Source: Candidatus Fonsibacter sp.
GTDB lineage: Bacteria; Pseudomonadota; Alphaproteobacteria; Pelagibacterales; Pelagibacteraceae
Direction of reading: 5' to 3'
Assembly: GCA_964203055.1 (NCBI GenBank)
Contig: CAXNKS010000001.1
Coordinates: forward strand, 208,975 to 248,974
Length of the DNA: 40,000 nt
The notes under the pieces were generated by a model. It did no database searches. It worked only from the letters and a program-made list of their open reading frames with translations, and was not told the origin of the DNA. The translations under genes and the position numbers were made by a program. Positions 9,940-18,929 of the stretch are shown here, piece by piece. Within the stretch, counting starts at the first letter, position 1, and the number at the start of each line of letters is the position of its first letter.

Positions 9940-11208
9940 ATGAAAATAAAACCTAATATGTTTCGTATGCTGCCATTTCTCTTTCACTTAACTCATTTGC
10001 TGTTGCACAACAAAAAGTTAACGAAGTAGTAATTGGTGTTCTACATCCATTAACAGGCCCAGTTGCACAAATTGGTCTTGATTCAATTGCTGCGCTTAAA
10101 ACTGCAGTAGAAATTGTTAACGAAGATATTAATCTTGATATGCCTTTTGCAAAAGGAAAAGGATTGCCAGGATTAAAAGGTGCTAAAGTTAGATTAGTGG
10201 TATCAGACCACCAAGGAAAACCAGAAATTGGTCAAGGTGAAGCTGAAAGATTAATCAACAATGAAAAAGTTCACGCTTTATTTGGAGCATACTTTTCAGC
10301 AGTAACTGCAACAACAAGTTTAGTTGCTGATAGAGCTGGAATTCCATATGTGAACGGAGCATCAACTGCACCAAATCTTACAGATCGTGGTTTAAAGTAT
10401 TTCTTTAGAGTAACTCCACATGACGGTGAATTCACACAAGTAATGTATGATTTCATGGCGGATTTACAAAAGAAAAAGAATATCAAATTATCAAGTGTAA
10501 GCATTTTGCATGAAGATTCTCTTTGGGGAACTGATAGCGGAACTACACAAGAAAAGTTTGCAAAAGATAAGAGTTATAAAGTTGCTGACAAAATTGCATA
10601 CAATGCAAAAGCAACTTCTTTAACATCAGAAGTTCAAAAATTAAAAGCGTCTAACGCTGATGTTTTGCTTCCATCATCTTATACATCTGATGCGTTTCTT
10701 TTCTTAAAAACAGCTAAAGAATTGGATTACAATCCAAAAATATTATTAGCTCAAAACGCTGGTTACACAGACCCAAGCTTTATCACTACAATGGGTAAAG
10801 ATGCTGAAGGTGTAATCACGAGATCACCATATAACGCCGATCTTGCTAAAAAAATTCCTAACCTTGCCAAGGTGAATGAATTATTTAAAAAACACTCAAA
10901 TGGAAGAGATCTATCTGATGTTCCAGCAAGAGAATTTACAGCGTTTATGGTTCTTATGGACGCAATCAACAGAGCTGGCTCTACTGATCCTGAGAAAATT
11001 CGTGTAGCTTTAACAAAAACGAATATTCCTGCAAAAGACTTAATCATTCCTTATAAAGGTGTGAAGTTTGCAGCAAATGGACACAACGAGCTTACAAAGA
11101 GGAATTTTAATGCAAGTGCAAAATGGACAATACTGTACAATTTATCCATTTGAATTCGCGGCTTGTGAAGTGAAATATCCTATGCCAACTTGGGCACAAA
11201 AAAAATAA
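9940..11208 (+). pseudogene. Periplasmic substrate-binding protein of the HAAT (LivK/amide) family, frame broken near both ends
   Basis: The ATG at 9940 (MKIKPN...) is out of frame with the body. The body frame reads ...YVSYAAISLSLNSFAVAQQKVNEVVIGVLHPLTGPVAQIG... into listed ORF 10140..11153. Near 11088-11100 a one-base skip continues GILMQVQNGQYCTIYPFEFAACEVKYPMPTWAQKK* (stop 11206-11208), 20 nt before a strong terminator. Confidence 0.8.
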
Positions 11209-11228
11209 GTAATTATTTTTAAAAAATT

Positions 11229-11262
11229 AAGGGGCGGTTTTAACTAACCGTCCCTTTTTTTT
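11229..11262. terminator. Strong bidirectional Rho-independent terminator between the convergent binding-protein gene and pxpA
   Basis: aaggggcggtt (11229-11239) pairs with aaccgtccctt (11246-11256): 11 bp with one G:U and a 6-nt loop. A T-run follows on the + strand, and the A-run upstream gives a T-run on the - strand. Confidence 0.75.
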
Positions 11263-11265
11263 GAG

Positions 11266-12039
11266 TTAATTAATTTTTTTTAATTTATCTAAAGATTTTA
11301 ATTGAAAACCATTCTTAATTAGAACTTCTCTTAAGTATTGGGCATTATCTACAGCCGTTTGTTCATCGCCGTGAACGCAAATTGAATCTATGTCACAAGG
11401 AATTTGTTTTCCAGAGTAACAATTTAAAGCCTGATTTTCTAACATCCTAAGAACATGTCTTGCAGATTCTTCTCTGCCTAAGATCATTGCGTTAGGTTTT
11501 GATCTTGCAACAAGATAGCCATTATCTTCATAGTTTCTATCTGCAAACACCTCACAAGCAATTCTTAATTTTAAATCACGACCTGCTTTTTCCATCTCTG
11601 TCTGTGCATGCGCTAAGAAAATTATATTTGGATCAAATTGTTTAATGGCTTTTGCTATGGTGAAAGAAAGTTCATAACTCTCACAAGCCATATTACTTAA
11701 GGCACCATGTGGTTTTACATGGGTTACTTTCATTTTTAATTTATCTGCAACTTTGCTTAGAATTTCACATTGATCGATGACAAGTTTAGTAACTTCCTCT
11801 GGTGAAATATTCATTCTTTTTCTTCCAAAATTTTCTCTATCTAAATAAGAAGGATGAGATCCAATGCTAACCCCGTTATCTTTGGATATACGAATTGTCT
11901 TTTCCATCGTTTCTTCATCGCCCGCATGATAGCCGCAAGCAATGTTTGCAGAATTTACTATTTTTAATAACGCAGGGTCGTTTTCTGTGGAATGAAACTT
12001 TGAACTTTCGCCAAGATCACTATTAATATTTACTTCCAT
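11266..12039 (-). CDS. pxpA: 5-oxoprolinase subunit A (LamB/YcsF family)
   Basis: 257 aa. N-terminal NSDLGES, NIACGYHAGD, KPHGAL and VHGD are typical of LamB/YcsF. Confidence 0.85.
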   Translation of the reverse strand: MEVNINSDLGESSKFHSTENDPALLKIVNSANIACGYHAGDEETMEKTIRISKDNGVSIGSHPSYLDRENFGRKRMNISPEEVTKLVIDQCEILSKVADKLKMKVTHVKPHGALSNMACESYELSFTIAKAIKQFDPNIIFLAHAQTEMEKAGRDLKLRIACEVFADRNYEDNGYLVARSKPNAMILGREESARHVLRMLENQALNCYSGKQIPCDIDSICVHGDEQTAVDNAQYLREVLIKNGFQLKSLDKLKKIN

Positions 12040-12089
12040 TATATTTCGCTTTTGCTAATTTAAAATTTCTAAAAGTTTATACAATATCC

Positions 12090-12768
12090 ATGATAAAAAA
12101 AATAACTAATATCAGTGATCAAGGAATTATTTGCGATTTTGGCGAAGAGGTAAACAAAGATATTAATAAAAAAGTTATTAGTCTTTTTAACTATCTTAAA
12201 GAAAAAAGTAATAATGATGAGATTAAAGGCATTTACAATATTATTCCATCCTACAACAAACTAGTTGTTCATTTCGATTTAGAAAAAAATAACTCTCATA
12301 AAATTAAAGAAATTATTTCATCAATTGATCTTAAAAAATTAACGACATCTCAATCGGGAAAAACGTGGACTATCCCTGTTTGTTATGATGATGAATTTGC
12401 CCTTGATTTGGAGAATTTAACTAAATCGCTTAAAACTGTCCAAAGAAGAAATTATTAAAACTCACCTTGAGACTGAGTTTTATATTTACATGATAGGTTT
12501 TATGCCGGGACACCCTTATATGGGAGATCTTGATAAAAAATTATTTACAAGCAGATTGCAATCGCCAAGAGTTCAAGTTCCCATAGGTTCTGTTGCGATC
12601 GCTGAAAAATTTTGCATTATCTATCCTTACTTAAGTCCTGGAGGCTGGAATATTATTGGCAGAACTTCTGTAAAATTATTTGATACTAAAAATTTAACAA
12701 ACCCTTGTTTGTTTTCTCCAGGCGACACAATTAAATTTAAAAAAGTTAGTAAATCGGAATTAAAATAA
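12090..12768 (+). pseudogene. pxpB: 5-oxoprolinase subunit B (KipI / allophanate hydrolase subunit 1 family), one extra nucleotide at 12429-12435
   Basis: ORF 12090..12458 ends ...LTKSLKTVQRRNY*. Skipping one base in tcg-ctt-aaa-a-ctg gives ...KSLKLSKEEIIKTHLETEFYIYMIGFMPGHPYMG, joining ORF 12490..12768 (225 aa repaired). Confidence 0.85.
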
Positions 12769-13725
12769 TGGAACAAAGTTATTTTGAAGTTTTAAGACCT
12801 GGCATCAATTCAACCTTTCAAGATAAAGGAAGATTTGGTGTTCAATATATGGGACTGGCTCCTGGCGGTGCTATGGACTACCAATCTTTTCTACTTTCTA
12901 ACGTTTTATTAAATAATGATAAAAATACTGGTGCATTAGAATTTGCTTACCAAGGTCCTCTGTTAAAGTTAGTTAAAGGTAAAACTAAAATTGCAATCAC
13001 AGGAAATGTTTTTTTTAAAATATATTCTCCAAAAGGTGAAGTTGCTGGGGAACCTTACCGCACATATGATCTAAATGAAGGCGATCAATTAGATATTCTA
13101 GCAACGAAAGCGTCTGTTTATGGTTATTTAAGTATAGAAGGTGGTTTTAAATTAGATAAATTTTGTGGATCCGTTTCATCACAACCTCGAGCATTTATTG
13201 GACCTAACGATGGAAAAAAAATTGAATTAAAAGATAAAATCTTAATTTTTAAAAACTCAACAACTAAAGAAAATAAAATAATAAGAAATATTAAATTTGA
13301 AGAAAAAAAAATCTTTAGTGTGCTTGCCTGGTCCTCAATTTCATTATTTTAGTACAGCCTCTAAAAAACAATTCTTTTCAACTCCTTATTTAATTACAAA
13401 GCAAACTGACAGAATGGGCATGAGAGTTATAGGTAAAAGCCTAGAGAACTTAGTTAATTCTAATATTCCTTCAGAAGGCATTATAAAAGGGGCAATTCAA
13501 GTTCCGGGAGATGGAAATCCAATTATACTTCTATCAGACCATCCGACAACTGGTGGATATCCAAAAGTTGGCTCGATTATTTCATCTGATTACGATGATT
13601 TAATTCAACAAAATTCAAATAAAGAAATTTACTTTCAACTTGTAACATTGGAAGCTGCTGAGCAACAATTTGCGCTCTATATGGAAAAAATAAAAAGAAG
13701 AATTACTAATATTGAAAAAATATAA
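12768..13725 (+). pseudogene. pxpC: 5-oxoprolinase subunit C (KipA / allophanate hydrolase subunit 2 family), one extra nucleotide between 13303 and 13326
   Basis: ORF 12768..13352 and ORF 13297..13725 (LPGPQFHYF..., TDRMGMRV, HPTTGGYPK) join by a one-base skip. The skip sits either in the A9 run 13303-13311 or at gtg-cttg-cct 13320-13329 (318 aa repaired). The start shares 1 nt with the pxpB stop (TAATG). Confidence 0.85.
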
Positions 13726-13734
13726 TTAAAATAT

Positions 13735-16399
13735 TTAAGCCATATTTCTTAGAACGTACTGAAGAATCCCGCCGTGCTTGTAGTATTCGGTTTCATTGTC
13801 AGTATCGATTCTAGAAAGGACATTAATCTTTTTAGAACTTCCATCTTCGTATAAGAATTCAACGGTTACTTCTTCTCTAGGTTTTAAGCCTTTTTCAACG
13901 TTTAGAATATTTATAATTTCAGATCCTTTTAGATTTAAAGTTTTTCTAGAAAAACCCTCTTTAAACTGAAGAGGTAAAATTCCCATACCAACTAAATTAG
14001 ATCTATGAATTCTTTCAAAACTTTCTGCAATAACAGCTTTAACTCCTAAAAGTTTTGTACCTTTTGCCGCCCAATCACGTGATGATCCTGTTCCGTATTC
14101 TTTTCCTGCAATTACAACAAGATCTACTTTTCTTTTTTGGTATTCCATAGAAGCATCAAATACTGGCATTACTTTTTTATCAGGATGAAGCATTGTAACT
14201 CCGCCTTCTGTACCTGGTGCCATTTCATTTTTAATTCTGATATTTGCAAATGTTCCACGCATCATCACTTCATGATTTCCTCTTCTTGCTCCATAAGAGT
14301 TAAAATCTTTTTGCAATACTTGATGCTGCATAAAATAATCACCTGTAGGTCCAGACTTTTGAATAGATCCTGCTGGAGATATATGATCCGTTGTTATTGA
14401 ATCTGCTAAAATAAGAAGAGGTCTTGCATTTTTAATTGCTTTAAATCCTTCTGGCTTATCAGGTAAGTTTTCAAAAAACGGTGGTCGTTTTAACATACGT
14501 TGATTTTTCGTCCCAATCATAAATGCTACTAGCTACTGTTTTAATTTTTTGCCAGCTCTCAGGTCCTTCTGATACGTTATCGTACCTTGATCTATACATC
14601 TGCGCTGTAATTGAAGTTAAGATCGTATCTGCAATCTCTTTATTAGATGGCCAAATATCTTTTAAGAAAACATCTTTACCATTTTTATCTTTGCCAAGTG
14701 AATCTTTATAAAGATCAAACGTCATCGAACCTGCAATAGCGTAAGCTACTACAAGTGGAGGTGATGCTAAGTAATTTGCTTTAACTTGTGGATGTACTCG
14801 TCCTTCAAAATTTCTATTACCTGAAAGAACTGAAGCTACGTACAATTCGCCTTTTGTAATTGCATTATTAATATTATCATTCAATGGTCCAGAGTTTCCA
14901 ATACAAGTAGTGCAGCCATAACCTACTAAATTAAAACCTAATTGATTAAGATAAGTATCTAGTCCTGCTTTTTCTAAATAGTCTGTTACAACTTTTGAAC
15001 CAGGAGCTAATGAAGTTTTAACCCAAGGTTTAGAAGACAATCCTTTTTCAATTGCTTTTTTAGCAAGAAGTCCTGCAGCAATTAAAACGCTAGGGTTAGA
15101 AGTATTTGTACAAGAGGTGATTGCAGCAATTACTATATTTCCATCTTTCAATTTATAATTTGCATTTTCAACTGCATATTCTTTTAACGCGGTTCTTTTG
15201 ATTGTTTCTTTAAAATTTTTATCAAAATCTTTTGCAGCATCCGTTAATAAAACTTTATCTTGGGGACGTTTTGGTCCTGCAATTGTTGGAACTACTGTGC
15301 TTACATCTAAACTTAAAGTATCCGTAAATACCATGCCTGAACTTGTCCATAGTCCCTGCTCTTTTGCATAAACTTCTATAAGCTTAATTAAGTCTTTATC
15401 TCTTCCAGTAAATTCTAAATATTTTAACGTCTCTTCATCAATTGGGAAAAATCCACATGTCGCTCCATATTCTGGCGCCATATTTGCAATGGTTGCTCTG
15501 TCTGCAAGAGATAAATTTTTTAAACCTTCCCCATAAAACTCTACAAATTTTCCAACTACACCTTTTTTTCTTAACATTTGCGTAACGGTTAAAACTAAAT
15601 CCGTTGCTGTTGTGCCTTCTGGTAATTTTCCTGTAACTTCAAATCCAACAACTTCTGGAATTAACATTGAAATAGGCTGTCCTAACATTACAGCTTCAGC
15701 TTCAATTCCACCAACTCCCCAACCAAGAACTGAAAGGCCATTCACCATTGTTGTGTGGCTGTCTGTGCCGACTAAAGTATCTGGATAAAGAGTTAATTCT
15801 CCGTTTACTTCTGAAGACCAAACTACTTTTGACAAATATTCTAAATTTACTTGATGACAAATTCCTGTTCCTGGAGGAACCACTTTAAAATTATTAAATG
15901 CTTGCTGACCCCATTTTAAAAATGAATATCTTTCACCATTTCTTGAAAATTCTTTTTCAACGTTTAAGTCAAATGAATCTTTGTTTGCATAATTATCCAC
16001 CATTACTGAGTGATCGATGACTAAATCTACTTGAGATAATGGATTAATTTTTTTTGGGTCTTTGTTTTTTGCTTTAACTGCATCACGCATTGCAGCTAAA
16101 TCTGCAACTGCTGGAATTCCTGTATAGTCCTGCATTAAAACTCGAGCTGGCCTATATGCAATTTCAGTGTCTGAAGTTTTTGTTTTTAACCAACTTTGAA
16201 TGGCATTAATTTGATTTTTATCAACTGTACTATTGTCTTCGTAACGAAGTAGATTTTCTAATAAAACCTTAAGAGACTTTGGAAGTTTGCTTATATCTTT
16301 AAGACCGTTCTTCTCAGCTTCAGGTAAGCTATAAATAACATAATCTTTTCCGTTAACTTTGATTATTTTTTTAGATTTAAAAGAGTTAATTTTACTCAT
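13735..16399 (-). pseudogene. acnA: Aconitate hydratase A, split by one extra nucleotide in the aaaa run at 14488-14491
   Basis: The 642-aa ORF has AcnA domains 1-3 and the Cys ligand context (ITSCTNTSNP, GCTTCIGNSG), ending ...YDWDEKSTYVKTTTVF*. The 261-aa ORF continues KRPPFFENL... to the C-terminus. Repaired it reads STYVKRPPFF and totals 887 aa. Confidence 0.9.
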
Positions 16400-16414
16400 A
16401 AAGAAATTCGAGAT

Positions 16415-16780
16415 TTATTTACTATCGCAAGCATATAACTTCAACGGTTTATTTTCATTTTTAGGAAGTTCTTCACACTTACCATTAAAACATATGTTCC
16501 AATTTTTAATATTGGTCTCAGATGTTGCTAAAATCAATTCATCTTTAGCGCTAACTTTTGGTTTATAAACCCACCAACCCTTGATTAATTTTGAATCAGC
16601 TGGAGGCTCCATTCCAGCTCCTGATCCTTTAACTCTAGCTTCAACAATTTTAAGTTTAGAATTGATAATTCTCCAATCTTCTTGCCATTCAACTTTCTCA
16701 ACTGAATGAGTCCATACTAAGGTAAAAAATGAAATTGCAAATGTTGTAACTTTAGTTCCTGTTAAAACACACAGACTCAT
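16415..16780 (-). CDS. DUF1850 domain protein (accessory gene typical of TAXI-TRAP loci)
   Basis: 121 aa with an N-terminal hydrophobic segment and WTHSVEKVEWQEDW. The start overlaps the permease stop (ATGA). Confidence 0.7.
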   Translation of the reverse strand: MSLCVLTGTKVTTFAISFFTLVWTHSVEKVEWQEDWRIINSKLKIVEARVKGSGAGMEPPADSKLIKGWWVYKPKVSAKDELILATSETNIKNWNICFNGKCEELPKNENKPLKLYACDSK

Positions 16781-18879
16781 GCTGAAATGGAATTATTATT
16801 TCTAAATTTAAACCATCTATAAATAATAAATAAAAACATAAGCGCAAAGCCTAATTCGTCAGTTAATGGGATAGCCGCAATCAATAAGATGGCAACCGCC
16901 ATACAAACAATTCTCTCCAAAAAGTTTAATCGAGCATTCATATATCCAACCGCTGCAATACCTAAAAATAAAAGAGCAATCACTGCTTTTATACAGATGT
17001 AACCAACAGAAAAAATAATTGTTGAAATATCTTTATTTGCAAGTCCCTGCAGCATTAATTCTGGACTATACACAGCCATAAACGGTACAACAAATCCTGC
17101 AACAGCTAATTTTACAGCTTCTAAAGAAATTTTAAATCCACTTTCCTTTGCAAATGGTGCTGCTGCAAAACAAGCAAGAGCAACAGGTGGTGTTAGGTCT
17201 GCCATAATACCAAAGTAAAAAACAAACATGTGACTTATAATTAATGGTACTCCTAATTTTAAAAGAGCGGGACCTGCAATTGCAGATGTAATAATATAAT
17301 TTGGAATTGTTGGAATTCCCATTCCAAGAATAAGACAAATAACCATTGTTAATAATAAAGATAAAAACAAACTATTTTCACCAACTTTAATTACAAACTG
17401 TCCAAATGTATTTGCGGCACCTGTTAGGGTAAGCGTACCAATTACAATCCCGACAACTGCACAGGCGACTCCAACTGGTAAAGAAGCTTTTCCACCTTCT
17501 GCGAGTGCGTCTCTACAAGAAAGCAAAGTTTCTCTTCCACCTTTAAATACAAAATTAATAGCAACTAAAACTGATATTGAAATTACGATAACTTTTATTC
17601 CCATCTCAAAGAATGAAGCGGAAACTAAACCAAGTAAAACCCAAAACATTACTCTTTTATATTTTGATAAAGTTCCTGCAATTGGTGCTCCTAGAATTAA
17701 AAATACTATAAATGCAAGACCGATAGTTCCTGCGTATAAAGGAGTGTAACCAGAAAAAAGCAAATAGACTAATACGACAAGCGGCAAAATTAAGTACCAG
17801 CCTTTTTTTAGAGCTTTTATGACTGAAGGAAGTTCATCTTTTGACATTCCAAGTAAATTTCTTTTTCCAGCCTCCAAATAAACCATCCACCAACATGAAA
17901 CATAATAAAGTATCGCCGGTATGATTGCGGCTTTAACAATCTCAAAATATTTCACCCCTAATGTTTCGGCCATAATAAAAGCAACTGCACCCATAACTGG
18001 AGGCATAATCTGACCTCCCATAGAAGAGGTTGCTTCAACACCACCTGCAAAAGCTGGTGAATAACCATATTTCTTCATTAGAGGAATTGTGAATTGTCCT
18101 GAGGTTACAACGTTTGCAATTCCTGATCCTGAAATAGTTCCCATTAATGCAGATGAGGCAACGCAAACTTGTGCTGGGCCTCCTCGTGTATGCCCAAAAA
18201 GACCTAAGGCAACATCATTAAAAAGTTTAATCATTCCAGCTCGCTCTAAAAATGAACCAAATAAAATAAATAAAAAAACAAATGTACAGGAAACATAAAT
18301 GGGAATTCCATAAATCCCTTCTGTTCCATAACTCATATGTTCAATAATTTGTCTAAAATCGTAACCCCGATGCTGAAATATACCTGGAAGATATTTTCCA
18401 AAAAAACAATATGATAAAAAGATGGATGCAATTAATGTAAGTGCATAACCCATTACGATCCAGGCTGCCGACAAAACTAATATAAGTGCAATAACTCCAA
18501 AAAAAATATCCGTTGGCAATAAATCACCATAACGAGTAATAAGCGGCGTATATTCAATTGTTTGATAGATTGCGATTACAAGACTTAAAATTCCAGCACC
18601 CCAAGACAGAATTTTAAATAAACTGTTTTGTTTTTTTAGTGCGCAAACTAATGGAAATCCTAATAATCCTAAAAACCCAACATGCACTGCTCTTAAGATC
18701 TGACTTGGCAAATCTAATAAATGAGCTGCGGTAATAACTTGAAATACAGAAAATGCGATAGCAATATAAAATAAAACTTTTCCCTCTAAAGAAGTTGGAA
18801 AACTTTGTGTTGAAGGATCATAAAATCCAGCCGAGTCTTTATCGGCTGGATTATCTGAAATATTTTGATTTATATTCAC
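16777..18879 (-). CDS. TRAP transporter fused 4TM/12TM permease (TAXI-associated type)
   Basis: 700-aa polytopic membrane protein. GGPAQVCVASSALMGTISGSGIANV and GGQIMPPVMGAVAFIMAE are typical of fused TRAP-T permeases. Confidence 0.9.
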   Translation of the reverse strand: MNINQNISDNPADKDSAGFYDPSTQSFPTSLEGKVLFYIAIAFSVFQVITAAHLLDLPSQILRAVHVGFLGLLGFPLVCALKKQNSLFKILSWGAGILSLVIAIYQTIEYTPLITRYGDLLPTDIFFGVIALILVLSAAWIVMGYALTLIASIFLSYCFFGKYLPGIFQHRGYDFRQIIEHMSYGTEGIYGIPIYVSCTFVFLFILFGSFLERAGMIKLFNDVALGLFGHTRGGPAQVCVASSALMGTISGSGIANVVTSGQFTIPLMKKYGYSPAFAGGVEATSSMGGQIMPPVMGAVAFIMAETLGVKYFEIVKAAIIPAILYYVSCWWMVYLEAGKRNLLGMSKDELPSVIKALKKGWYLILPLVVLVYLLFSGYTPLYAGTIGLAFIVFLILGAPIAGTLSKYKRVMFWVLLGLVSASFFEMGIKVIVISISVLVAINFVFKGGRETLLSCRDALAEGGKASLPVGVACAVVGIVIGTLTLTGAANTFGQFVIKVGENSLFLSLLLTMVICLILGMGIPTIPNYIITSAIAGPALLKLGVPLIISHMFVFYFGIMADLTPPVALACFAAAPFAKESGFKISLEAVKLAVAGFVVPFMAVYSPELMLQGLANKDISTIIFSVGYICIKAVIALLFLGIAAVGYMNARLNFLERIVCMAVAILLIAAIPLTDELGFALMFLFIIYRWFKFRNNNSISA

Positions 18880-18929
18880 TATCCCTAACTAAACTAACTA
18901 AATAAATAATTAGTTTTCATTTTTAAATA

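Noticed and set aside
14471-14520. Treating the two aconitase ORFs as a naturally two-subunit enzyme and annotating them as separate genes.
   Set aside because: The pieces overlap by 50 nt and are rejoined perfectly by removing one base from an aaaa run inside a conserved STYVKRPPFF block. The same lesion type recurs in eight other genes. I kept it only as a speculative alternative in the findings.
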